Counted from the stretch's first letter, positions 30,327 through 39,179 are shown. The stretch is 64,000 bases of DNA from a virus (IMGVR_UViG_3300037190_000626:1-64000); one strand, 5' to 3'. Notes: a model not told the origin generated them from the sequence alone. Numbers and translations: made by a program.

Positions 30327-30698
30327 CTACTTTTCGCAGCTGCTGCAACGAGCACTCCATCTTGATCTCATCTGAGAGCGAACCGGACGTTCTTGTGCCA
30401 TAACACGTAGGGCCCGAAACGGCATAGTTGTAACTCTTACTGTGGTTCTCACAGTGGCTCTAACAAGCGTTCGAACTGGTTGTGCGTCACGGAGCCTCTT
30501 TGCGGCATTACGTAAGGGAGATCGGCAACTGCGGCCCTCTGCTGCGACGACAGGTTGCTTATCGGCTTCTTGCATACTGACAGCACTAACGTATGACACA
30601 GTTGACGCTTTGGATGCGTGATCACAATCTTGTGCGTTAACAGAGCTGAAAGAGAGAACACTTACGACAACGGCTGAAGCTAAACACTTTTTAAACAT
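30327..30698 (-). CDS. small secreted, Arg-rich protein lying between the two arrays
   Basis: Signal-peptide-like MFKKCLASAVVVSVLSFSSVNA; AGGA SD on the minus strand; PVRTLVRATVRTTVR low-complexity tail. Confidence 0.6.
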   Translation of the reverse strand: MFKKCLASAVVVSVLSFSSVNAQDCDHASKASTVSYVSAVSMQEADKQPVVAAEGRSCRSPLRNAAKRLRDAQPVRTLVRATVRTTVRVTTMPFRALRVMAQERPVRSQMRSRWSARCSSCEK

Positions 30699-30831
30699 GT
30701 CTTTTCCTGTTATTTAAGTGGTAATACGTAATGCTCCTACAAGGGAGCGACAAAATTGTAAATCTTTAATTGCGACACGGCATCCCCAAACCAGAGGTAT
30801 TTTTAAAAATACTCCAAAAAAGAAGTGACGA

Positions 30832-31017
30832 GGCAGTCATGGTTAGGTGCGTACTGGTGAGGTGGGTTCAGGTCAGGCAGGGTGTGGTATGGCAGTCAAG
30901 GCGAGGTATGGTCGGGTGAGACATGGTCGGGCTGGGCGAGGCGAGGAATGGCAGTCAGGGCAAGGTCTGGTTGGGTTTGATTCGGAGGGGCGAGGAGTGG
31001 CAGTCGTGGTGCGGTTG
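30832..31017 (+). repeat. array 2: 3 full units plus a partial unit of GGCAGTC-NN-(GGY-NN)n
   Basis: Heads at 30832, 30891, 30950, 30999; lengths 59, 59, 49; same 5-nt phase as array 1. Confidence 0.9.
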
Positions 31018-31021
31018 CTAG

Positions 31022-31387
31022 ACTTAAGCTTTTGACTTAAGCTTGTGAGTCCTTACGTTAAGTAATATATAAAACAAGGAGGAGTGATGAGACCTGAGTC
31101 ATTTAGGTCAAAACCATTTATTGATTGTTCTAAGTGGGAATGTTGGAATTGCGGTGCAATTCACCATTACATACCTGCTGATTGTCAAAAATGTCGGGTG
31201 AAATTTGTCTCCCGACCTCACTGGGGTGTTCCCGAGAAAAATTCGGAGATCTCTGAAGAGAAGAAAACATCAATATCTTTTGATGAGTTAATATCTGATT
31301 TACTGAAAGGACCAGAAGAAGAGTAACTGCTTGATGCCCTGTATATATTATCTATAGGACTCACAAGCTTAAGTTAAAAGCTTAAGT
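31022..31387. repeat. 32-bp inverted repeat pair flanking a small ORF
   Basis: ACTTAAGCTTTTGACTTAAGCTTGTGAGTCCT (31022-31053) vs AGGACTCACAAGCTTAAGTTAAAAGCTTAAGT (31356-31387), 31/32 complementary. Confidence 0.85.
31084..31326 (+). CDS. small zinc-ribbon protein
   Basis: WECWNCG...DCQKC; AAGGAGG SD. Confidence 0.55.
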   Translation: MMRPESFRSKPFIDCSKWECWNCGAIHHYIPADCQKCRVKFVSRPHWGVPEKNSEISEEKKTSISFDELISDLLKGPEEE

Positions 31388-31412
31388 AACTCTAAATTCT
31401 GGGATTGACGCT

Positions 31413-31802
31413 ATGGGAAAAAGTTACAGGTGGGCAGATGTGGCGGGACAGTTTGTTACAGAACTGTATGCCCGGGATGGTGAGCTATATGACGCATATT
31501 CCGATAAGAATCTGGATGTGCAGATTGAAGCGGCACTGGAGCATGGTGAGAGCTACGAGCTTACGATTGAGTTTCGTAGCAGCGGGTACTATGACCCCGG
31601 AGTCCTATCAGGGCCCCCGGAGAAGTGTTACCCGCCTGAAGGTGATGATGATCGTGAAATGGAAGGCGTGGCATTATCCGCAGAAAACAACAAGGAAGTA
31701 GAGCTGACGCATGCTGAACAGGAAGAAATGTTTGAGATTTACAGGGGCGGGATAGAGGATGTAGAACTTGAAACGCAAGACGACGACGGGGGTAGATACT
31801 AA
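31413..31802 (+). CDS. acidic hypothetical phage protein
   Basis: SSGYYDPG..SGPPE.CYPPEG.D.RE motif. Confidence 0.55.
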   Translation: MGKSYRWADVAGQFVTELYARDGELYDAYSDKNLDVQIEAALEHGESYELTIEFRSSGYYDPGVLSGPPEKCYPPEGDDDREMEGVALSAENNKEVELTHAEQEEMFEIYRGGIEDVELETQDDDGGRY

Positions 31803-31803
31803 T

Positions 31804-32703
31804 ATGCCTCCGGATTTTGCGATAACGATGACGACCTCTAAACCCTCCTTCCAACGCATTGCGGTGGCTAAGGCGTTACAGGAATTAGCGCCTAAGGTTT
31901 ATATAAGCTCTACTAAAAACAGGGATATGGTTCCCTTTATTCGGCAAGTGCAGAAACGGTGGAGACATTTCACTGTGACGCTCAAGGAAGCTGATTACGC
32001 ACCGTTTGACACTAAGAAGTTCGGGTACGCACGTAATTGTGTTCCTGTGCTGGTATCTAACCGGTGTGATGCCGGGGAAATTGTACCGTGTCAAATTCCG
32101 GTGTGTCCGTTTTGCTGGAGCAGACGTGTAGTAATAAAGGCGTGTAAGTTGCTTGAGGGGCACAAAAACGACATTGCGAATTGGAAGTGGGGGCACGTGG
32201 ATTTTGGGGGTGCCTTTAATGACGTGTCGGCATCTGTGAGAGCGGCACATCGGGCTATACCTGACTACAGCGGGGTGATTGCGTACACGTACTTGTGGGG
32301 CAATTCAGATTCTGAGACTCCCAGCTTTAGTGGCCGGGTAAAGTATCTTGCTGTCGGTGAGGCTGACCATCCTATCTCGCGAGGGGTACATGAAGTACTT
32401 AGTCCGTTCACTAAGGCCAAAGATGCCCCGCGAGCAATTGGACAGGCCTTTGCTTATCCGGTGCATGTTATGCCGCCGGTAGCCTCTAAGGAGCAGGTAG
32501 ATGCGAGTGTGTATTGGTGGAACCGATTACGGAAGGCAAGGTTTCGTGCGTTTAGAACGAGCGGTATTTTTTATCGTATGACGAAGCCAGCAGCGGGAAA
32601 GAGTAAGAGCAAGGAGGCCAAGTTTAATGATATTTACAAGAGACTTGAAGTACTTGAAAACAAGTTAGGTGTAGCGCCTAACGGGAGGAAAGAAAATGAG
32701 TGA
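31804..32703 (+). CDS. hypothetical protein with C-x-C...CPFC motif
   Basis: About 300 aa ORF containing PCQIPVCPFCW. Confidence 0.5.
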   Translation: MPPDFAITMTTSKPSFQRIAVAKALQELAPKVYISSTKNRDMVPFIRQVQKRWRHFTVTLKEADYAPFDTKKFGYARNCVPVLVSNRCDAGEIVPCQIPVCPFCWSRRVVIKACKLLEGHKNDIANWKWGHVDFGGAFNDVSASVRAAHRAIPDYSGVIAYTYLWGNSDSETPSFSGRVKYLAVGEADHPISRGVHEVLSPFTKAKDAPRAIGQAFAYPVHVMPPVASKEQVDASVYWWNRLRKARFRAFRTSGIFYRMTKPAAGKSKSKEAKFNDIYKRLEVLENKLGVAPNGRKENE

Positions 32704-33253
32704 GCAAGAGATAACATCTCCTCCATTTGCGACGCAATTGTGTACACCTTTAGTGATACACAGACAGTTGCAACTGTTAGAGGGGTGGGTAGATTCTCTA
32801 CGTTATTGGGCGAACGAAGAATCTCGTAGATTTGAAGCGCCAGAAGATCCGTTTATTCCAGACACGAGACCAGTGCCGGTTGATCCTGCGATATTGTCCA
32901 ACATAGCGATTCCAAGTTTGTTTCGCACGTGGATGACGCTGCGGGCTATTCGTGAGCGCTGGGACTGGATTTACCGGAATTACGAGGAGAATTGGGATTG
33001 TGATAAGTGTATTTTTAGCCGGATTATGTGTGTGAAGATGGGGGCACTTATCCTCCTAAACGCATTCCTTGATCCGGAAACCCACGAAGCGAAGCAGGAA
33101 GAAGAGCGTAAGGCCCAGCAAGAGCAGCTGGCTGAGACGCTTAAACAAATTGGTATTCCTGACACGCTTCTACAAGCAATGGGAGTAATATCCGGAGATG
33201 ACGATAAAGAAGAAATCGACTTCGACAAGCTGTTCCACCCCGACGATAACTGA
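32696..33253 (+). CDS. hypothetical protein
   Basis: 185 aa ORF, GGAGG SD, overlap with the previous gene. Confidence 0.5.
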   Translation: MSEQEITSPPFATQLCTPLVIHRQLQLLEGWVDSLRYWANEESRRFEAPEDPFIPDTRPVPVDPAILSNIAIPSLFRTWMTLRAIRERWDWIYRNYEENWDCDKCIFSRIMCVKMGALILLNAFLDPETHEAKQEEERKAQQEQLAETLKQIGIPDTLLQAMGVISGDDDKEEIDFDKLFHPDDN

Positions 33254-33290
33254 GGTGGGGCGGCGCTCGGTTCTTGCTGGTAAACGAGGC

Positions 33291-33542
33291 GTGAAAAGGA
33301 TTCACGTTAACCAACACATGATTCGAGCAAACACTAAGGACGATGAAGATCGCCCTATTTTTACATGTAAAGCGGGTAAAGCGAATTACCGAGGGCACGA
33401 GATTCAAATTCACGGGCCTTCGGTTCTTGTGTATCCGGAGAGGCCGCTCGGTTGCGGCGCACGTGTGTGGATTGAAACACTTTCACCCGTGTCTATTCTT
33501 GAATACACGGAGGAAATTACAACAGTAACAGAGGTGACGTGA
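33291..33542 (+). CDS. conserved small phage protein (IHVNQH.IR.N...GPS...Y....L.CGARVWIET)
   Basis: Motif recognised in the 3' part of ORF 33198-33542; GTG start behind GAGG. Confidence 0.6.
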   Translation: MKRIHVNQHMIRANTKDDEDRPIFTCKAGKANYRGHEIQIHGPSVLVYPERPLGCGARVWIETLSPVSILEYTEEITTVTEVT

Positions 33543-34120
33543 TGATGGAGTTGATAATTCAAAACGTTAGTGATGCTGAGAGTCCTTTGGAGTATTCTCC
33601 TTGGACTCTTATTTCGTTTAATGGCAAACACGTTAACTACGATAAGGACTTCGACCTTAAGGCTGCGGGCATTCGGCAGAAGGTAAAGGGTGCGACGGCA
33701 TTTTTCCTCGACTATTTCGAGCATGGCCAGTGTAGCTGGTCGTTGCGAGGAGAGGGCATGCAGTGTCGTTGGGATACAGCAACGTGTGCCGGGATCATTC
33801 TCGGGGACTACGAAGAATTAAAGCACCTTAGCCACGAGAGTCGATGTCAGCTCGCTAGAGACATGATGCGAAGGTACACGGATTGGTGTAACGGAAGTAT
33901 TTACGAGTATGCGTTTGTTGCCAAACATGTGTGTTCTCAGTGCAACCACACCAAGCTGGACTGGGACTGTACCGACTGGAACGGCACTTGGTATGACACC
34001 GAGGGCATGTTTGCAGACATTCAGACGGAGATGAAACGTGAGAAGTATGAAGTAAATAAAATCAGTGGTGGTGCGGCTTGGTTGGCGGATCATCACGAAT
34101 TAGAAGGGATAAAGATATGA
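33539..34120 (+). CDS. hypothetical phage protein
   Basis: LDYFEHG...WD...G...YTDWCNG.IY motif. Confidence 0.55.
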   Translation: MMMELIIQNVSDAESPLEYSPWTLISFNGKHVNYDKDFDLKAAGIRQKVKGATAFFLDYFEHGQCSWSLRGEGMQCRWDTATCAGIILGDYEELKHLSHESRCQLARDMMRRYTDWCNGSIYEYAFVAKHVCSQCNHTKLDWDCTDWNGTWYDTEGMFADIQTEMKREKYEVNKISGGAAWLADHHELEGIKI

Positions 34121-35267
34121 AATGTTGCATATGCGACGGAGAGATTGATAAACACTACACGCCGGAAGGCAAGATGTACTGGGACAAGGGACATAACCCG
34201 GCCCCGGTTAAAACAGGTGAGGATGACAGGTGCTGTGACAACTGTAACGCCACCGTTGTGCTTACTGCACGGCTAGGCGCCGTGGTACGTGGGTCGTATC
34301 CGGGGAAACTGAAGCTATAGAGGGGACAATAATGATTAACGCCGTAGAAACTTTCAAAGAGCCTTTCTTGGGTGAGGTTGAAGCCACCTTGGAGAAGGCT
34401 ATCAGTATTACGTGGGAGGGATGCCACAAAATCTATATCGCACTGGATGTGGAAAGTCACAAGCGACTGCTCGAATATGGCTATGAGATGGTACTCGTCA
34501 AAGACAAGGCTGAAGCCCTGAACCAATTGTACGAGTGGTTCGATGTTTCATGCGGTCTTAGGTTTATCAACGCCTGTGAGGGTGAAAGTACGTTTCATGA
34601 CGTGATACGTCAGTTCGACTATGACGAAGACGAAGACGAGGAGGATGAGTGATGACACAAGAGTTTTTTCAAATACTGATAAGTGTAGAGACAGAAGCAC
34701 AACGAGAAAAGATTCTCGCACACCTTAGGGAAGGGGAAGAGGAGAACACCCTAGATTTTGGTTTTAATGCAAAGTTGAAGGAGAGTGACAATGTCTACAG
34801 TTAAAGAATATACGCTTCACGGTACGAAATACCGTTTTGCAGTACGAGAGCGGACTGACACGGATCTCAACGAGGTTGGGAAAGCAAGAAAGTTTTCCGC
34901 TGTATGCTCAGCTTCCTACGTGGCCCTTGAGGAAACCCATACGTTTTCTTGGCACCCGACATTCGAAGAGGCTAACGAGGCCGCTATCGCTGCTGAGAAG
35001 CAGTTTGTGGTTAAACATGGAGAGGAGTTAGAGTATGATTGAACTAACAGACGGCAGTGTAAGTTTGCTGATCGGTGTTCTTCGAGAACACATTTTCGTC
35101 CACACGGGTGATAGGCATTCGGATAAGGCTACGCACCCTATTGAGGTGAACTTACTGGATCAGCTAATTGAGAAACGGGAGGCATTTCGTAAGTGCTATT
35201 ACCCCGGATATGCGGAAGGGAAGTCGCATGTTAAGCCCGATGGATGGGTAGACGATAACGAGGAGGA

Positions 35268-35726
35268 GTGAGTATGTACAAGTTTTTGATGGTATGGGTG
35301 CTTCTAGTACCTTCTGCATTTGCACAGGAAAGTCCGATTGCATTAGATATGCACGCGGAAGCGATGAAGCATCGTAAGCAGTATAATTTGAAGCCTCAGG
35401 TCTTGGATGAGGAGTGTTGCCAAATAGCTCAGAAGTGGGCGGAACAGATGGCATCACAGCATTCCATGTATCACGGCGGAGGTGAGAATATTATTGCGGT
35501 GGGTTACACCACACCAGCGAGTGCGCTCAGAGGTTGGATGGGATCATCAGGACATCGCTATTGGGTGTTGAGTAGTGTAGATAAGTGTGGGTGGGGAGCC
35601 GCCCAATCAAGCACTGGCAGGTGGTACTGGGCTGGGGCTTTTCGGAGTTCCAAGCCCGTGGTCAGGAAGGCAGCCACCACGACTTACTACACTCCTAGGC
35701 GAAGATTTAGAATATTTAGGAGGTAA
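35268..35726 (+). CDS. secreted CAP (SCP-like) domain protein
   Basis: Signal peptide, AQKWAEQMA..HSMYH, GENIIA, WMGSSGHR, GWGAA...YW. Confidence 0.8.
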   Translation: MSMYKFLMVWVLLVPSAFAQESPIALDMHAEAMKHRKQYNLKPQVLDEECCQIAQKWAEQMASQHSMYHGGGENIIAVGYTTPASALRGWMGSSGHRYWVLSSVDKCGWGAAQSSTGRWYWAGAFRSSKPVVRKAATTTYYTPRRRFRIFRR

Positions 35727-36567
35727 AGAGTGAGTAAAGAAACAGAAAAACCAGCGACAACTTATATAGTTGACATTGCCAGCGTCTACAGTGTCGACGA
35801 GAAAACCGCAGACGAAATTAAAGAACGTCAAGATTCCCAAAATCAAGCGTGGCTAATCGACCAAGTAAAAAAGGGTATGGTCTATGTGTGTGATGTCATA
35901 GAAGAAGATGGCTTTAAACACACGGGAGAAGCAAATGACTGAGAGAAATCACGGCGCAGGTCCTAACAAGATCCATACCTCCCTCAAGGAGCAGAGCCCG
36001 GAATACGCGAACAAGGCCCCAAGGCCTTGGGATAACGTTCAAATACGTATGGAGTATGGCGAATACGGGGGGCAGTTATGGGTGGACATGGACGATGAGA
36101 GGTTTACATGGGGACAAGGAGTCCTACTAGAAATATGGGAAGGTGAATTGCGTGTTGTTGTGTGGGCTGATCCTGAGAGTGAAGATCCTACGCACACGAT
36201 TCCTATTTCGCAGATGAGTTATGAGTTTAGAAAAGAATATGAAAGGGACTTTGAAGATGGCAGACAGACAAACCCAGCTAAGCCCGGAGTGGCAGGAGTA
36301 TGATCGTAGAGTACAATCTCTTGAAGACGAGGGACTTACACGCAGCGATGCCCAAGGCTGCATAGATGCCGAAGATAGGCTATTGGTAGAGCCTACCACC
36401 CCAAACTTAAAGGTAGAGGCCGAGCCTAGTGCTTGGAAACGGTTTTCAATCTTAGTCGATATCCACGACGACGCTCATAATCGCAGTCAACGCAGCGGTG
36501 CGGAAGATTGGCTACTGACTGAGCTTACCAACGGGATACTCGCTGACGGGGTGGTTTATCTAGCAGA

Positions 36568-37005
36568 GTGCAAAGAAGTACCACACGCGACCGAGGAAGA
36601 ACTAAGGAAGTACGACTAGAAGCGGGAAGGACCTTAAAGATGACAGAAAGCGAAACGAAGCCGAGCCGCGTACGTAGACTAGTAGACGCTACCATCATTA
36701 CGACGGTAAGCACTGCTGTAGCGTCCATAGTGGCCGGTGTGGCGCTCGTTGTTTATCAGCAGGTAGATTCGGCTAATAGGGCGTTAAGGGATCAGCAGGC
36801 CACGCTGGAGAGCCTCCGGCGTGATGTAGTCAAGACGCAAGAGCTTCTAACTGAGGAGCTTGCGCCCTTGAAGGCTCATCTTCGTCAATTGGATTCTAAT
36901 CACAATGTAACAATTGACGAGATTAGGAAGCAGGAAGATCGCCTCGAAGACAAGTTCAAGGGTGAAGCTAGGAACGCACAGCAACAGCAGCAGCGTATTC
37001 CGTGA
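36568..37005 (+). CDS. single-pass membrane protein with coiled coil
   Basis: TIITTVSTAVASIVAGVALVVY TM segment followed by heptads; start likely MTESET. Confidence 0.5.
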   Translation: MQRSTTRDRGRTKEVRLEAGRTLKMTESETKPSRVRRLVDATIITTVSTAVASIVAGVALVVYQQVDSANRALRDQQATLESLRRDVVKTQELLTEELAPLKAHLRQLDSNHNVTIDEIRKQEDRLEDKFKGEARNAQQQQQRIP

Positions 37006-37383
37006 TTACTTTGCGTAATTCATCTTCGCATCCTTGAAGCCATCGCCTGTTAGGTCGATGATATCGTTCTTGATCTTCATACGATCTCGGTTGAGGTCAC
37101 GGATATGGATAGCGCGTGTGCCTATTTCCTCTAGGCCAAGACCTTCGTCTTGACCTTTGCGAATAGCGTGCTCTGCGTCCCACATAAGACCGTTTACATG
37201 GTAAAGTTTATCAACGAGGTCGGCCAGATCTGGGTTGTCCAGATCGAGGCCTTCCTTGTAATAGTTAATCTGTTGCTGCATTTCATCCACGTCGATTTCG
37301 GAAGCATCTAGCCGCTGAATTTTCAGCAGTGCAATGGTGTAGCGATCTGCGACCTCTGGGATGGGTGTAATGATAGGTTTCAT
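37006..37383 (-). CDS. DUF6165-like helical protein
   Basis: E.ADR.TI..LK...L..VN..MWD.E..IR......R......N..R..IK..I pattern. Confidence 0.55.
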   Translation of the reverse strand: MKPIITPIPEVADRYTIALLKIQRLDASEIDVDEMQQQINYYKEGLDLDNPDLADLVDKLYHVNGLMWDAEHAIRKGQDEGLGLEEIGTRAIHIRDLNRDRMKIKNDIIDLTGDGFKDAKMNYAK

Positions 37384-37407
37384 ATAGGTTAAATTCCGGT
37401 ATTTAAA

Positions 37408-38544
37408 ATGAATAAACCATTAGCATTAGTCGCTTCGGATTTGCATTTGAAGCCAAAGACGTGGCGACACAGACCCATTGTAGGCGATTCCTACTACGCT
37501 TGGGAACAGATTCAGGAAGAAGCTATCCGATCCGGGGTGAATTTTGTCATCCTTGCGGGAGATCTTCTTGACCGTCAGATTAACGGCTCGGAGCCCATAA
37601 TCAAGTTGCAGCAGGGAATTGAGAAGCTTGGATTTGCAGGCATAAAGACGTTGTTCATACAGGGGCAGCATGAATATCAAGAATTTCCGTGGGCATCGTT
37701 AAGCAAGCATGCTCATCACCTAGCCTTTGCAGGCGTAGATATTGGACCTTTTTGGGTGGAAGGAATTGATTATCAATCCAAGGAGACGTTTCGACGGGAA
37801 CTGGAAGAGTGCTCTGAGATGGGTGACCAAGATATTCTGGTGATGCATCAGGTGTGGTTGGATTGGATGGGAGAGCGGGCGTTGCCTCAGGGATCTTTCT
37901 CAGACGTTCGCGAGATTGCCCCTAAACTTAAGACACTCATCACGGGTGATTTGCATGAGAGCCGTCTAGAGTGGTTTGACGATAAGAGTCTTCAAATTCT
38001 TTCACCCGGCAGTACGTGCATGCAGTCCGTGGCTGAGCCTCTCCAGAAGTACATGTATTATCTGTCTGAGGGGGATGACGGGCTCCCGGAGTTCGAGCCA
38101 GTTGAGCTGAAGTCTCGACCGGTTGTTCGGTTGGAAAAGAAGCTTGAAACCCCGGAAGATGTTAATGACGTAATGGGGAAGATCGAGGACGAGTTTGCTC
38201 GTGTGTTTGATTACGCAGATGCAAACAAGCTCCCGGAGGAGATATGTACTCCCATCTTTCACTTTACCTATTCGCATAATATTGCGGATGAGGTTCGTCG
38301 TATTGAGAATTTTCTCGATGGCAGGGCACATCTATTTTGGAAAGAGATACCCACCATGACAGCAGACGATGTCTATTCGGAGGAGTTTAAAGCGGGCGAC
38401 GCGGCTACAATGGCCGATATGTTACGGGACGAAGTGGATGACGAGAAGGTTCGTAATCTGTCCGAACGATTGCTTGCATCTCCTAACATAGTCGAAGAAT
38501 TAGTTCGGTGGCAGAAGGAGCAGCTGACGAATGAAAGTAGTTGA
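37408..38544 (+). CDS. Mre11/SbcD-like metallophosphoesterase nuclease
   Basis: SDLH, AGDLLD, QGQHE, MHQ, GDLH, SPGS motifs; upstream of a Rad50-like gene. Confidence 0.85.
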   Translation: MNKPLALVASDLHLKPKTWRHRPIVGDSYYAWEQIQEEAIRSGVNFVILAGDLLDRQINGSEPIIKLQQGIEKLGFAGIKTLFIQGQHEYQEFPWASLSKHAHHLAFAGVDIGPFWVEGIDYQSKETFRRELEECSEMGDQDILVMHQVWLDWMGERALPQGSFSDVREIAPKLKTLITGDLHESRLEWFDDKSLQILSPGSTCMQSVAEPLQKYMYYLSEGDDGLPEFEPVELKSRPVVRLEKKLETPEDVNDVMGKIEDEFARVFDYADANKLPEEICTPIFHFTYSHNIADEVRRIENFLDGRAHLFWKEIPTMTADDVYSEEFKAGDAATMADMLRDEVDDEKVRNLSERLLASPNIVEELVRWQKEQLTNESS

Positions 38545-39178
38545 CTTAGGTACACGCATTGGCACTACGTTGTTTTCGTTTTTACAGCGTGGAGGTAGGT
38601 TTTTCCCGTCTCGCCGGGACTTCATTTCCAAAATTCAACCTTCGGAATGTCTCGGGGTAGATAGGGAAGAAGTGTGTCGTGATGACTTGGAAAGTTTTGG
38701 CGCGTCTTTTGAGTGTTGGGATTTGTCTAAGGCGGCTTCGTTAGAAGAGCTGCCGGAAGCCGATTTCTATCTCGCGTCAAAGTTTCTGCATCATTTACCT
38801 ACCGCCGAGGCAATGGACAATTTAGTTCGTGCCGTGTTGTCCAAGTCGCGTCAAGGTGTTTGGTTCCGTTTGCTGAGTTTTGAAGATGACTCTCAAACAG
38901 GGGAAGGCGTTCTTCTCGACGAAGACTTGCGTTTTGGATGGAGTAAGAAATATCTTCCTTACTTGTGTAAGGACGTTGTTTCGCTAGTACCTAGGGACTC
39001 ATTTAACTTATCGCTCAATCCCGCTAGGCGTATTAGGCATACGAATGACTTTCGTGTGCTGCCTGTGTCGGCGGATGACGGCAAGGAGGAGTATGAGAAT
39101 GTCATGGGACATAAACCACAAATTAAGTTGGTTCCTCCTGTCGTGGTTGAGTGGGATTTATTTATAGAAAGAAAATAA
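38531..39178 (+). CDS. class I SAM-dependent methyltransferase-like protein
   Basis: KVVDLGT.IG, LGVD, WDL, DFYLASKFLHHL. Confidence 0.55.
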   Translation: MKVVDLGTRIGTTLFSFLQRGGRFFPSRRDFISKIQPSECLGVDREEVCRDDLESFGASFECWDLSKAASLEELPEADFYLASKFLHHLPTAEAMDNLVRAVLSKSRQGVWFRLLSFEDDSQTGEGVLLDEDLRFGWSKKYLPYLCKDVVSLVPRDSFNLSLNPARRIRHTNDFRVLPVSADDGKEEYENVMGHKPQIKLVPPVVVEWDLFIERK

Positions 39179-39179
39179 T

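Noticed and set aside
29569-31017. Canonical CRISPR array
   Set aside because: The constant part is only a 7-nt head and the 'spacers' are internally periodic (GGY-NN). There is no 23-47 nt direct repeat and no cas1/cas2.
29737-31035. ORFs 29737-29922, 29850-30098, 29953-30360, 30056-30280 and 30847-31035
   Set aside because: Gly/Arg- or Pro/Thr-rich by-products of the pentamer repeat. The 5-nt period and 9+5n unit lengths are inconsistent with coding constraint.
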